From Azolla caroliniana (lineage: Eukaryota; Plantae; Polypodiophyta), in the NCBI GenBank assembly GCA_043228905.1, contig JBHGNT010000013.1, forward strand, positions 7,378,001-7,442,000: 64,000 nt of DNA. The letters are read 5' to 3'. Within the stretch, counting starts at the first letter, position 1. Each line of letters opens with the position of its first letter. The notes beneath the pieces were generated by a model, which saw only the letters and a list, made by a program, of their open reading frames with translations, was not told the origin of the DNA and did no database searches. Made by a program: the position numbers and the translations under genes. Below are positions 1 through 12,391 of the stretch, piece after piece.

Positions 1-85
1 GACGAGTCGACCTTTACAAACGGAGGAACGAGAATCAAGCCGAAAAGGGGAGCCGAGCATACGAGTTGAAGAAACGGTTCGGCCC

Positions 86-863
86 GTGAAGGTTGGTGTC
101 GAAGACCCCGCTCGGAGGACAAGGACTATACCTACCTATAAGCTAAGGTCGGACATAGAGCAGACGACGGACCTAAAGAAGATTCTCGAAGAACGAGTTC
201 TTGATAGCCACGTAACTTTGTCCTTGAGGGAATTGCTTGGCATTACGAAGAAGGAGTTCCATGACACGATCGTGGACCTTGTAAAGAGGAAGAGACAACA
301 ATCGGACGAGGAAGAAGGAGAAGCCGCAAAAAGCAAAAACAAATGCCATAACGATGGCAAGAGACGAAGTCGATGAAGATATGGTGGACAACCACTATAC
401 TCGACCTCATTGGGCACGAGCGACAACGGAGACGCCGGTGAAGATCGGGGAGAAGAAAGATACCGTGGTAGCCTTGATAGACCACGGCTCGGAGATCAAC
501 CTCATGTCAACTGGCTTCTACAAAAAAGGAAGATGGCCAATCAATACAAACCACGGATGGAAGATTCGCGCGGCAACAAAGTCTACGGAGGACTTGTACG
601 GAGCTTGTCCCAATATCAAAGTCACAATCGGGGATGTGGAGATGGATCAACACTTCTTCGTACAAGAATCGACGTCGCATCTTGTCATCCTAGGGCAACC
701 TTATATCACATCATCTCGGATGGAGACCAAAGTGTTCGATAATGGAGCAGCCTTCGCACGAATAAAGAGTCTTGACAACCAAAGATCGGTCCAATTCCTA
801 ACGGTGCGAGCCAATCATGAAAGGAATCGAGATAGTCTCAGAGGCGAATCCTCGGATTTTTAG
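86..863 (+). pseudogene. A gag C-terminus and aspartic protease (frameshifted)
   Basis: ORF 354-863 has LIDHGSEINLM and VILGQP protease motifs; homologous to B2 ORF 44937-45614. Confidence 0.85.
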
Positions 864-1032
864 AGCGGACTATTGAAGCATGGGGCACAAATAGTCCGAG
901 CAATCACAAGACCCCACAAGAAAGAAGAGTGCGTGGATTGCGAGGAGAAGCAACATGTGTCACACCTAGTGGCGCATGTAAACTAGTACTCCCGACAAGA
1001 AGCACAAGCACCGGATACAAGAATTCGAGAAG

Positions 1033-4000
1033 ATGCTGAAAGAAGAAAACATAATAGAAGAAGGAGAGTTCGTGACTCATATTATGGAAGAAGCCTCATT
1101 TAACGACACCATCGGTGAAATCGAGGACGTCGTGGACTTGAGCTATCTTCACAACCAACGCGTGATTTCGGTTAACTCCGTCAACATGTCTGCTATCATC
1201 GATGAATACTGTCATGGCATCTCGATGAAGGAAGCTGACATCAACAAGACATATAAAATGGTGGATAAGAAGATCAAGCCAGTTGCGGTTCTGCTACCAC
1301 AAGATAGCTGGCAAAAAAAGATGAAGGAAGTCGCTAACGATCCAAGCTTAAGATGAATACCGTTGTGGCATCTCGATGAAGGAAGCTGACATCAACACAA
1401 AATATAAAACGGTGGATAAGAAGATCAAGCCAGTTGCGGTTCCGCTACCAGAAGATAGCTAGCAAAAGATGAAGGAAGTCGCTAACGATCCAAGCTTAAG
1501 AGATCCGAAGAAGATAGGTCATGTCTTCACCAAAGAGACGAAGGGGAAGCTACGAGTTGGAAAGGAGGATTTCCTTCTCCCTGAAGAGGAGCGAATGTTT
1601 CGCGATATGCTTAAGAGACATGGGAAGGCTTTCGCATTCTTCCCACGAGAAATCAGATGCGCTGACCCAAAGGTTATAGAGCCGATGGTGATCTTCACGG
1701 TGCCTCATGTGCCTTGGAATTTGAAACCGATACCGGTTCCGAGAGCACACCTTCTTAAGCTGATCGAGCTCTTAAAGGAGAAGGTGAGTATGGGAATTCT
1801 AGAACCGTTGAATGCTCCTTATTCCAATAGGTGGTTCACGGTGCCGAAGAAGAATGGATCATTGCGATTCATCCAAGATCTTCAACCCGTCAACAAGGTG
1901 ACAATTCGAAATGCCGGAATCGGTCCGAGCGTGGACGAATTTGCCGAAGCGTTTGCGGGTTGTTCCATCTACTCCATTGGCGATCTCTACTCCAGATATG
2001 ACCAATTCCAATTGGTGATCGACAGTTCGGACATTACAACCATGAGGACTCCGATCGGGCTTGTGTGGATGTGTACCTTACCCCAAGGCGCAACGAACTC
2101 GGACGCTCATATGGTGAATGCCATGAATAAAGTCTTGAAGGATTGCATCCCGAACATCACGATGCCATTCTTGGATGATATTCCGATAAAAGGATGTTCG
2201 GATGAGGAGAAAGATGAATCGAAAGATAAGGAAGGTTGTAGAAAGTTCGTTGCGGATCATATGAAAGATTGCGAGAAGGTGCTTCAAAGGCTCGAAGATG
2301 CGAATTTGACATTTTCGGGAGAAAAATCCGCATTCGGGCAACTAGAGATCTTGGTGGTAGGTCACTTGTGTGGAGCATACGGCCGGAAGCCCTCGCCATC
2401 CAAAGTGAATGCAATCCAAGACATGAAAGAAGAATGCGAAAACCAAACGGAGGTTCGAAGGTTCCTTGGAACGTGCGCGTTTTATCATATATGGATTCCT
2501 CACTACGCTCATGTCGCCGAACCGTTATATGGACTACTAAAGAAAAGAATGAAGTTTGAATGGCGAGACGAGCACACAAATGCGATGCGAAGATTAAAGA
2601 AACTGCTTCTTGAAGCTCCGACACTAAGGAAGGCCAACTATGCCGAAGGGAAACCAATTTACGTGACCGTAGATACGACCCCAACCGGAATCGGGTGGGT
2701 CATCAATCAAGAAGGTGAAGATAATGTGCGATATGCCATCCGGTTCGGAGCAAAGGTTCTCAGCGAATGGCAACAAAGATATGCCCAAGTCAAGCGGGAA
2801 CTTTGGGGTATTGTGTCGGCATTGAAGACGGAGAAAGATTACCTGATCGGGTTAGAAGTGATAATAGAGACAGATTGTCTCCCAATTCTCGGAATGGTCT
2901 CAGGATGTGCGACCCCAGATCGTGCTATGCTAAGGTGGATCACCTACATCAAGTCTTTAAACCCAGAGATCCGTCACATTGCAGGGAAGAAGAACGCCAT
3001 GGCTGACATGCTGTCGAGGGCAAGATTTTCAAATGGAAGTAACATGGTTTCGGAAGATGAAGATGTCACCCTTGACTTCTTCAAGATGGCTCGATTGTGA
3101 GCGGAAGACCAAGACACGCAAACCCTCCATGCCTTCAACGAGAACGAGTACGAAGGAGAGTGGTTACTTATCGGTAGATTCCTAAGAACATTGACGACAA
3201 ATGTTTTGTTGACAAAGGAGGAGGCCCTACGAATCCGAAAGAAAGCTTACCGATACTTCTTGAAGGGAGGATTCCTTTGGCGACATCCAAAAAGAAGGAC
3301 AGGAATACCACGTCGAGTGGTGGTAAAGAAAGAAGAGCAAGAGACGTTGATGACCAAATTCCACGAGAGTGCTTGGGCAGGTCATAGAGGAACATGGGCG
3401 ACGTTCGAAAAGTTGAAGGAGAAGTACTGGTGGCCAAGCATGTACAAAGATGTACTCCATCTCGTGTCCACATGCGAAACTTGCCAAATATATTTAAATA
3501 TACGTCATCGTGATGAGTTATAGCCGACATACCCACTCACCATACACTTCAAATGGATAGTGGATCTGGTCTCGATGCCAATGGGAGTGGGACAAATGAA
3601 GTACTTAGCGCTGGCAAGGGAAGACTTGACAAATCAAGTGGAAGGACGAGCCTTGACAAATAAGACGACTTCAGCCGTTTGCAAATTTCTACTTGAAGAG
3701 GTTGTTTGCCGATATGGATGTGTAGGGAAGATAGTGGCCGACCGAGGGGAGTTGGACGCGCACGAAGCGACAGAGCTCTTCGAAAGACTAGGCGTGAAGC
3801 TCTCCCTCACAACTGCCTACAATCCAGAAGCAAATGGGAAGATCGAGCGAGAGCATGGACCTATCGTTAAAGCCATCGTACGGGCATGCAATGGTCGAGT
3901 CGGAAATTGGCCACGACTATTACCCTATGCCTTGTGGGCCGATAGAACGACACATAGCTTGGTGACAGGGTATATGCCGACGGAGCTTATGTATGGACAA

Positions 4001-4498
4001 AAGCCGATTATGCCCATCGAAAGGACGATCGCCTCATGGGTAGCGATACCGTGGGAGAACGAGATGAGACGAGAAGAGTTATTAGCGGCGTAGATAAGGC
4101 AACTTGAAAGAAGACCTGAAGATTTAGAAAAAGCGCGAAAGATGATGGAGGCAGCCCGAGTAAAGAACAAAGTTCGGTTCGACAACACGCATCGACTTCG
4201 TCCCAAGAAGATTGAAGAAGGGGATTGGGTTTTGGTTTACGACAGCACCCTTGACAATCAACATAGTACAACAAGGAAGTTCGCAAGAAGATGGTTCAGG
4301 CCGTATGTGCTGACAAGTGCCAACGATAATGCCACATACCACCTTGCGGAACTAGACGGATCAAGGTTGGCTGTACCCATTGCAGGAAAAAGAGTAAAGA
4401 TTTTCAAGAAAAGACAAGACAAGGATCCTGACCACGATTACCTCAACAATGAACATAATAGGGCGGATGTAAATGAAGACATGGAGGAATCTAATTGA
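1033..4498 (+). pseudogene. A pol: reverse transcriptase, RNase H, integrase (stops and frameshifts)
   Basis: RT motifs LPQG and FLDD; RNase H VTVDTT and NAMADMLSR; integrase zinc finger H..H..C..C in 3191-3523; core ADRG and NPEANG in 3560-4093. Confidence 0.92.
1201..1501 (+). repeat. ~151-bp tandem duplication in A pol
   Basis: GATGAATAC...CCAAGCTTAA occurs at 1201-1351 and again at 1352-1501. Confidence 0.9.
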
Positions 4499-4952
4499 TC
4501 ACCGTAGCCGAAATCTCACTTTCTCTCTTCTTGGCACGTACCGGAGGACGTGCGGTTTGGTGGGGGTGGATGTCGTGTAGATTTTCGGCAATAGTGTGAA
4601 AATCCCATAAAACGTACAAAATCGAGTATGAATCACATAATACAATAATTGTGAAGATAACATTTAAAATAAATTTAATATCTAAGTACAAAATGATGGA
4701 GGTTTCGAATGCACTTTATTACACGAGAAACGGACAACTAAATGTCAAGATATGAGGGTATAAAGTTTGTGAAAGGAAAAGAGAAAATTGTGAGATATCC
4801 CACATAGACACGACAAATACGGCTCTCATCATATATAAGGTAGAGCAAAAGATATTATCTTTGTGTCTATGTGTGGAGAATAGAGAGTTCAAGGTAACTT
4901 GAACTAAGAGTGGAGGTGAGCTAGCTACTCATAAAGGGTTTTGGCCAACCAA

Positions 4953-5676
4953 AACCGGACCGACGACGGAGCCGGTGATCCGGCGGCATCCGGCGCCAGT
5001 GAGACACCGGCATCCGACGGCAAGGCGGCGGCAATCCGGCGACGGTGAGGTGATGGTATCCGGCGATGGCGAGGCGGCGGCATCCGGCGTCGGTGAGACG
5101 ACGGCATCCGGCGAGGTACCGATATCCGGCGAAACCGGACCGACGATGGAGCCGGTTATCAGGCGCCATCCGGCGCCAGTGAGACACCGACATCCGACGG
5201 CAAGGCGGCGGCAATCCGGCGACGGTGAGGTGATGGTATCTGGCAACGGCGAGGCGGCGGCATCCGGTGACGGCATCTGGCGTCGGTGAGACGACGGCAT
5301 CCGGCGAGGCACCGATATCCGGCGAAACCGGACCGACGATGGAGCCGGTGATCCGGCGGCATTCGGCGCCAGTGAGACACCAGCATCCGACGGCAAGGTG
5401 GCGGCAATCCAACGACAGTGCAATCCGGCGACGGTGAGGTGACGGTATCCGGCGACGGCGAGGCGGCGGCATCGGGTGACGGCATCCGGTGTCGGTGAGA
5501 CGACGGCATCCGGCGAGGCACCGATATCCGGCGAAACCGGACCGACGATGGAGCCGGTGATCCGGCGCCAGTGAGACACCAGCATCCGACGACAAGGCAG
5601 CGGCAATCCGGCGACGGTGAGGTGACGGTATCCGGCGACGGCGTGGCGGCGGCATCCGACGAACCGGCGTCCGGTG
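4953..5676. repeat. GC-rich tandem array inside LTR A, ~4 units of 180-209 bp
   Basis: AACCGGACCGACGA recurs at 4953, 5133, 5326 and 5535; units are built from ATCCGGCG sub-repeats. Confidence 0.93.
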
Positions 5677-5723
5677 ACTAGATAAATAAATATATAAATA
5701 TATATACATATATACATATACAA

Positions 5724-5797
5724 GGAGGGCAAGTAAGGATTCGAACCTTGCACCTCCGAGTTAGGAGTCAATTTGCTTACCATTAAGCCATGCCATT
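5724..5797 (-). promoter_or_regulatory. tRNA-derived sequence (Arg-CCT-like) with Pol III A and B boxes inside LTR A
   Basis: Minus strand has A box TGGCTTAATGG (5790-5780), D-stem GCTT/AAGC, loop CTCCTAA and B box GGTTCGAATCC (5747-5737). Acceptor and anticodon stems are imperfect. Confidence 0.7.
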
Positions 5798-6259
5798 TAG
5801 TTGAATTTATATTTCTATCATTGTACTTTTACGTGTAAATTCTCATACATGAGAGCTAAAATGAGTGACATGGTTATCATGCACCACATGTAATACATAA
5901 GCGCCAAATGGCAAGCATGCATTTTATGCATGTCTTGTACCCTCACATGCATCATATGCATGAGAGCATCTATAAAAGAAGGAAGGGGGAGGAGAAAAAA
6001 CACGTTTTTTTTTGTTATGAAATTAAGAAGAAGAAATTCGTTATCAAATTGATCATGTAACTTGTTTCTTAAATCCAAAGATAAAAGTTCAATCAATCTC
6101 TCTCAATCGTTTAATCTCAACTTCTCTCTTTCCCAATATATCTTAAGTACTTTCTTGCCAAAGCTTACGCCAAAGCTTGTACCGGCTTTGAATCCATCCG
6201 GTCCAGAACCCCGGCGGTTCCGCCTCACGATCCGCGCGTAGTGACGGATCTTCACGACA

Positions 6260-6352
6260 ACGTACTATACAACAAAACTTGTGCCCATGTGTAAGGGCCA
6301 GTTTATGCACGTTATACCTGGTTTCCGCCTACAGATGATTTTCTCCATGACA
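6260..6352 (-). mobile_element. 5' 93 bp of a family-B LTR (B3), interrupted by element A
   Basis: Reverse complement matches the start of the B2 LTR at 49057 (TGTCATGGAGAAAA...GTATAGTACGT). Confidence 0.88.
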
Positions 6353-7110
6353 ACGGTATCGTCCAAATAATCGTTTTATACGACGTTCAATAAGCCCATA
6401 ACGTGTTCTGTAAATTGGTGTCCCAGTCTGTCCGGTTCTCATTTACGATTTTTCAGAGAATGTTTAGTAGTGTCTTGTTCGTTGACTACGTCAATTCGTT
6501 CGCCTGTGGGTAGTATGGTGTACTGCGTTTATGAACTAGCACATAGAATGTCGTGACGATTTCCACAACGTGACTGAGGAAATGCCCTCCTTGGTCGCTG
6601 ATGAGCTCGATCGAACACCCATACCAACACCATATATACTGATACAGAAACTTCGTTGTCGATGTCGCGGTGTTGTCCCCGAGCGGTTTTGCTTCCACTC
6701 ATTTTGTGCAATAGTCTGTGGCTACAATCATATACTAGTTCCTTGTGTGCATAGCCAGTGGCTTAACTTGTCCCATGAAGTTTAACCCCCACTTTTGGAA
6801 CGGTTCTAATGGCAACACCGGTTGATGAGGCATCCAGACGTTTTCTGTTGGTTGGCCCAACTGTTGGTAGAGATCACACTCTTTACAATACCGGACCGCA
6901 TCCTTGACGGTTGTCGGCCATCATAACCAACTTTTCCAATTTTTTTGGGCAATGGCTTCACCGGCATAATGCCCACTGGCTACTCTACAATGGGCCTCTC
7001 GTAAGATCACTTCCTTGTGGTACAATGTGTCCTGTATCAAACTAAAATGGCGACTTTTGATCTCCATGCGTTTCAGTTCGTCCCGGCTCAGCTCTTCCGG
7101 AGGTAGTCCG
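6353..7110 (-). pseudogene. G integrase fragment
   Basis: ELISDQGGHF and STPYYPQAN match the E integrase. Confidence 0.88.
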
Positions 7111-7708
7111 TGAGAAGAATAGCGGAATATTGCTCGGCCAGAACCCTAGTCTTCTATCACTTTAATGATAATCAAACACAGAAATGGGAAGTAGGGAGTG
7201 AGCGCACATACACACACTAACAATAGAGAGTACACAGGATGTTTATGTGGAAAACCCTAATAGGGAAAAACCACGGGAGCCCACAGACTCCACAGTACCC
7301 TAAGGTACAAACAAAGACTTGAGGTAATGACCTCGAGCTCTGCATCTTCACCAACCGGCGGTTACAATAGAGTATAGCTTTGTATCTCACACACACTCTC
7401 TCTATCGCTCTCTCTATACAACATTTACCACAATATGACAACTCACAATTCACTCTCTATACAAAGTGATTGCCCTAAGTCATATTTATACTTATATGAA
7501 CTTAGGGCTATTTATAGATATAGCCTCAATAGGCTTACTCAAAACATATTTACAAATATGTCCTCTTTTCCAGTTCTCACTAGGTCCATCCAATCCGGTT
7601 TTCGGATCGCTTCCGGTTCTCACCGGTTCTCTTTTGGTTCTCACCGGGTCCTCCTCATTCATCACCGGATCCCATCCAGAGGGACCGATTTCCCAACAAT
7701 CTCCCTCT

Positions 7709-9482
7709 TCACTCCAGCATGGGATGGTTCGTCAGCCCGATCCACTTTCGGCACACGTCCAGCTTGTCTGTTGTCAACACCTTGGTTAGCATATCCGACT
7801 TGTTCTCCTCCGTGTGGATCATTGTCAGCATGAACTCTTGTTCTTCTACTCTCTCTCGGATCCAGTGGTACCTCCGTTGTATATGTTTCGTCCGAGAATG
7901 GTAGGGCACGTTCTTTGCAAGGTGGATGGCACTTTGACTATCGGAGTAGAGCCGGTATTCCTCCTGTTGGATTCCTAGCTCTCCGATGAAGTCCTTCATC
8001 CAGATTATCTCCTTGCCAGCTTCTACAATTGTCATGTACTCCACTCTGCCTCCGTGGTTGACAACGCAACTGTCTTCTGAAGCCTCGACTGCCATGAAAC
8101 AACTTCCCCTACATAGGTTATGACATATCCGGATGTAGACAGGCTAGTATCCGCATCTGCCGACATATCCGAATCCGTGTATCCGTCAAGTTGGGGATTA
8201 CCGGAGCCAAACCGGAGGCACATACTTGAGGTGCCTTTCAGATAGCGGAGTATCCACTTGACTGCGTTCCAATGCTCTTTTCTGAGATTGCTCATGAACC
8301 GGCTTAGCACGCCGACTGCATATCCGATATTCGGTTGGGTACATACCATCGCATACATCAGGCTCCCGATGACAGAGGCATATGGTATCTTCGTCATATC
8401 CGTCTTCTCCTCCTTTGTCCTCGGATTTTGTCTTCCAGATAGCTTGTAGTTTGCCGGAAGTGTCGACCCGACCGGTTTCGCATCCGACATGTTGAACCGT
8501 TGAAGCACCTTCATCATGTACTTTTCCTGTGACAACCACAACAATTTCTTCGACCAGTCCTAGATGATATGCATCCCCAATATTTGTCTTGCTTGACCCA
8601 AGTCTTTCATTGAGAAGGTCAGATTCAGAGCCTTCTTTAGTATCTGAATCTTGCCTTGGTCTCGTCCGACGATCAACATATCATCCACATATAGGAGGAG
8701 TATAAGGAAATCTCCTTCATCAAATTTCTTCACAAACATGTAGTGATTGGCTTGCGTCTTGTGGTACCCTTGGTCTGTCATGAAGGAGTTGAACTTCCGG
8801 TACCATTGCCAGGGGGACTGCTTCAGTCCGTAGAGGCTCTTCTTTAGCTAGCACATCAGGTGCTCCTTCCCTTTGCTCTCAAATCCTTCCGGTTGGTGCA
8901 TGTAGATCTCTTCTTCGAGGTCACCATGTAGGAATGTCGTTTTGACGTCCAATTGCTCTACCTCGAGGTCCATGCTTGCCGTTATGCCCAATACCATCCG
9001 GATTGATGTCATCTTTACTACTGGGGCAAAGATCTCATCGAAATCCAGTCCTTTCTTCTGCTGGAAACCTTTCACCATGATTCGAGCCTTATACCTTGCT
9101 GGATTCCTGGCGTCTCCCGGTTTCAGCTTGTACACCCACTTGTTCCGGAGTGCTCTCTTCCTTTTCAGCAACTCCGTCAATTCATACGTGTGGTTCTCAT
9201 GCAGGGAATCCATCTCATCTTGCATGGCAGTCAACCACTTGTGGTTGTGGGTGTCTTTCTTTGCTTCTTCGAAGCTTTCCAGCTCCCCCTCATCGGTTAG
9301 CAACACATGCTCTACATCCGGAAATCTTCGGGGGGCTCTTTTCTCTCGGAGCGGATATCTCCGTCCCTGGATTCTGATTGCTGGTTCCTCTGTTTGTTCC
9401 ATATCCGAATCCAATTCGGGATCTTGTCTGGTTCTAGTGTCTTCTTCTTCTTCAGTCGGTTCGGTTTCTTGTCCGTATCCTG
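7709..9482 (-). pseudogene. C0 reverse transcriptase and RNase H
   Basis: QLDVKTTFLHGDL, YVDD, YTDSD and RTKHI motifs, with several frameshifts. Confidence 0.92.
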
Positions 9483-10363
9483 TATCAGGAACTACACGCT
9501 CCCGATGCGCAACGCTTGGCCACAACCAAGCTTAGAATCAAACACAAAAAACGGGCAATGAATGCACGACACAGTAAAGAGAAGAGAACACAAAATGTTA
9601 TCGTGGAAAACCCAAACTAGGGAAAAACCACGACAGCCCACATACTGCAAACTATCACTATATCAGAATGTACAATAGTAAAGCACCGAGGCAACGACCT
9701 CAAGCTTGCTATCTTTGCCACAGGTGGCGGTTACAACAGAGGCAACGACCTCTACCTCTCTCACACACTCTCTGTACACTGTTGCGCTCTAATCTTGCGC
9801 CAACAAGAACGACAACAACATTAACTTTCTAAGTTTGCCCTAAGTCATATTTATACTAATATGACTTTTCGGCTATTTACAAATATAGCCCCGATGGACT
9901 CTCAGAAAACATATTTACGAATATGTCCCTTCATCCGGTGAGCACTCCTCATGGGGCCTTCATCATCCAGCTCTTGCCGAGAACTCGTCATCCAGTTCTC
10001 ACCGGGTCTTCCATAGCCGGGTACTCGTCATCCGGTTCTCATCGGGTGTTCCGTAAGCGGGTACTAATCATCCGGTTCTCACCGGGTCTTCCGTAGTTGG
10101 GTACTCGTCATCCGATTCTCACTGGGTCTTCCGTAGCCGGGTACTCGTCATCCGGTTCTCACCGGGTGTTCCATAAGCGAGTACTCGTCATCCGGTTCTC
10201 ACCGGGTCTTTCGTAGTTGGGTACTCGTCATCCGGTTCTCACCGGGTCTTCCGTAGCCGGGTACTCATCATCCGGTTTCGGCCGAGGCCTATCGGCCTCG
10301 GTCGAGTTTGCTCATCAGTATTGTTCTTCTCGCTTCCCATCCGGAGGGACCTGTTTCCTAACA
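9483..10363 (-). mobile_element. Solo Copia LTR S1 inserted in C0
   Basis: Similar to the C2 LTRs at both ends. C0 coding sequence resumes on both sides. TSD is degenerate (TCCTG/TCCGC). Confidence 0.85.
9981..10275. repeat. 40-bp tandem repeat, 7 units plus a partial, with a 120-bp higher-order period, in S1 U3
   Basis: GTACTCGTCATCCGGTTCTC recurs every 40 bp from 9981 to 10261; 10021-10140 resembles 10141-10260. Confidence 0.93.
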
Positions 10364-12391
10364 TCCGCCTAGTTCGTCGAGTGTCATCCAGTTACCGGCT
10401 AGCGTCCGGTTTTCAACCTGGTAAGTCTGTTGTCCGTTGGAATCGTAATCGACAGACAAAACTGCAGAAATATTATAATAAAGCATTAAGAAATGAATGT
10501 AACGGTTCACGTGGGAAGCGTGAACGGCTAAAAGCCTTGTGTATATAACGGGTAGAAATCCTCAACAAGAGGTAGCGTGTAATTTTGAGTGCAGGATGTT
10601 TTTCTAATAGAATCCTATCTTCTCTGATCTCTGTGCATATCTGTGTCTATCTACGTGACAGTCCATTGTTACTCTGTTGCGTACTGTTTAAATCATAAGT
10701 GTGTGTAAGCGTAAGTGCATATACTAGTGCACTTCATAAGGAGCTCAATTGTAGCCATCTTCCTTATACACTACCAGGATACTAGGTGGTATCCCATTAC
10801 TCTCTACGCGAAGACGGTTCCATTCCTTGTACCACGGTCACCTTGAGGTCTACCTCAAAGGACTGAGCGTATACAATGTTCCTAATCGGTAAGACATTTC
10901 GCACACCTGGTGATCTATGATTTCTTGCAAACGAACAACAAGGAATGGATGTCTAGCCGTAGACAACCCAGAGAACCGACCCGACAAGTCCGACCACTCA
11001 TGAGGTCCATCACACGCCAGACAGAGGAGCGTGCAAGGAAAAAACCTTGCCTCAGTGATATCTGTCCGGACAACAAAGTCGACTCCACGCTCAACCAACA
11101 CCACGATGTCAAGCAGGAAGTTCTGTCACCAGACGAGTACCATGATCTTTCCCTACCAACCATAGCATCCGGAATGGCCTTCTCCTACCAACGCTTTAAT
11201 GGCGAAACAAATGCCGCAAGCCACATTCGGCTATTCCTCAACGTTTGGAACACGAATCACATGGTGCAACGATTTCTAGAAGAGGAAGCGCACCAGTAAA
11301 AAATGACGGAGTTTGGTTTAAATCTGGATGGTAGAGCCGTGTTTTGGCATTCAAAGATGGATCTACCAGCAATCCACACCTTCGACCAATTGTAGTCAGC
11401 ATTTTTGTGATTTTTTCATCGGAGGGTACCTCCCCGCGAAATCATCAGGCAGTTCTACACAATCAAGCAGCTGCCAATAGAATCAGTCGCGGACTTTAGC
11501 TTATGCTTCCAAAATCTACGGCGGAAATTAGAACGGGCCCCGACAAATGACGAGGCTAGGGACACGTTTTTGGCAGCCCTGCGGCGGCCTATTAGGATGA
11601 CGCTCAACACATGTAGTGAGAAAGGGGAAACAACCGACATGGTCATTGAGCGAGCATTACAACTTGAGTTGGACGAATAGGAGGAAGGATTTTCTCTGTC
11701 CACATTACGACAAGCCTTGCCTTAGGACGAGGAACGCCACTTTTGTCAGGCTATTCAGTGCACGATTTGCCACAATTCCGGGCATTCCACAGTGGAATGC
11801 AATATGAGAATTCACTGCCCAATTTGTCACTCAAAGGCACACACAATCGAGCAGTGTGAGTACAATATGCTGAATAGACCTACGCCCACAGTACAACACG
11901 TAAAACCACAATGACCACCTCGCCGAAATGATCAAAGGCGCCAAGAGGAATGAACCTGATATACGGATCGAAATCCACGCGATGACCGGCACTACGGTAA
12001 TCGCCGAAATAACAACGATTCCGATGAAGAGGAGCCGGAGGACGAAGAATATTGGGGCAACCACCGGTATAATAAAGGAGGGCGTCGTTACGACAACCAC
12101 CGTTCGACGAACAGGCGTGGTGGATTCAATGGGCCTCGCTCACAAGGAAAGCATTGATAGTATAGGGACCAACGACGTTACGACGAAAGTTCGGAGGATA
12201 ACCGGCGCCAAGAGTCACACAAGGACCAACCGCAAACACCTCGAAATTCCAGGAGAATGCAACAAGACCAGGAGGAGCCAGCGACGCTTGGGGATAGGAA
12301 TCCGCCGCCAGCTACAGAGAAAGGAGAGTCCAACGTACATTTTTTTGTCTGCCAACAACCCAGACATTACGCAACTCAATGTCCACTGCGC

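Larger units (their letters stand above)
1..6259 (+). mobile_element. Ty3/Gypsy LTR retrotransposon A (family A/B), 5' part outside window, degenerate
   Basis: Domain order is PR-RT-RH-INT. PPT-like GGTTTGGTGGGGGTGGA is followed by a 3' LTR 4571-6259 with TGTCGTG...CACGACA termini. The right flank is an LTR of the related family B. Confidence 0.93.
4571..6259 (+). repeat. 3' LTR of A (~1.69 kb)
   Basis: Begins directly after the PPT; 7-bp terminal inverted repeat TGTCGTG/CACGACA. Confidence 0.88.

Noticed and set aside
4921-5783. Long Arg/Pro-rich ORFs in several frames
   Set aside because: They are by-products of the GC-rich tandem array inside an LTR and show no domain signature.
5724-5797. 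Functional tRNA-Arg gene
   Set aside because: Acceptor and anticodon stems do not pair in register; kept only as a tRNA-derived element.
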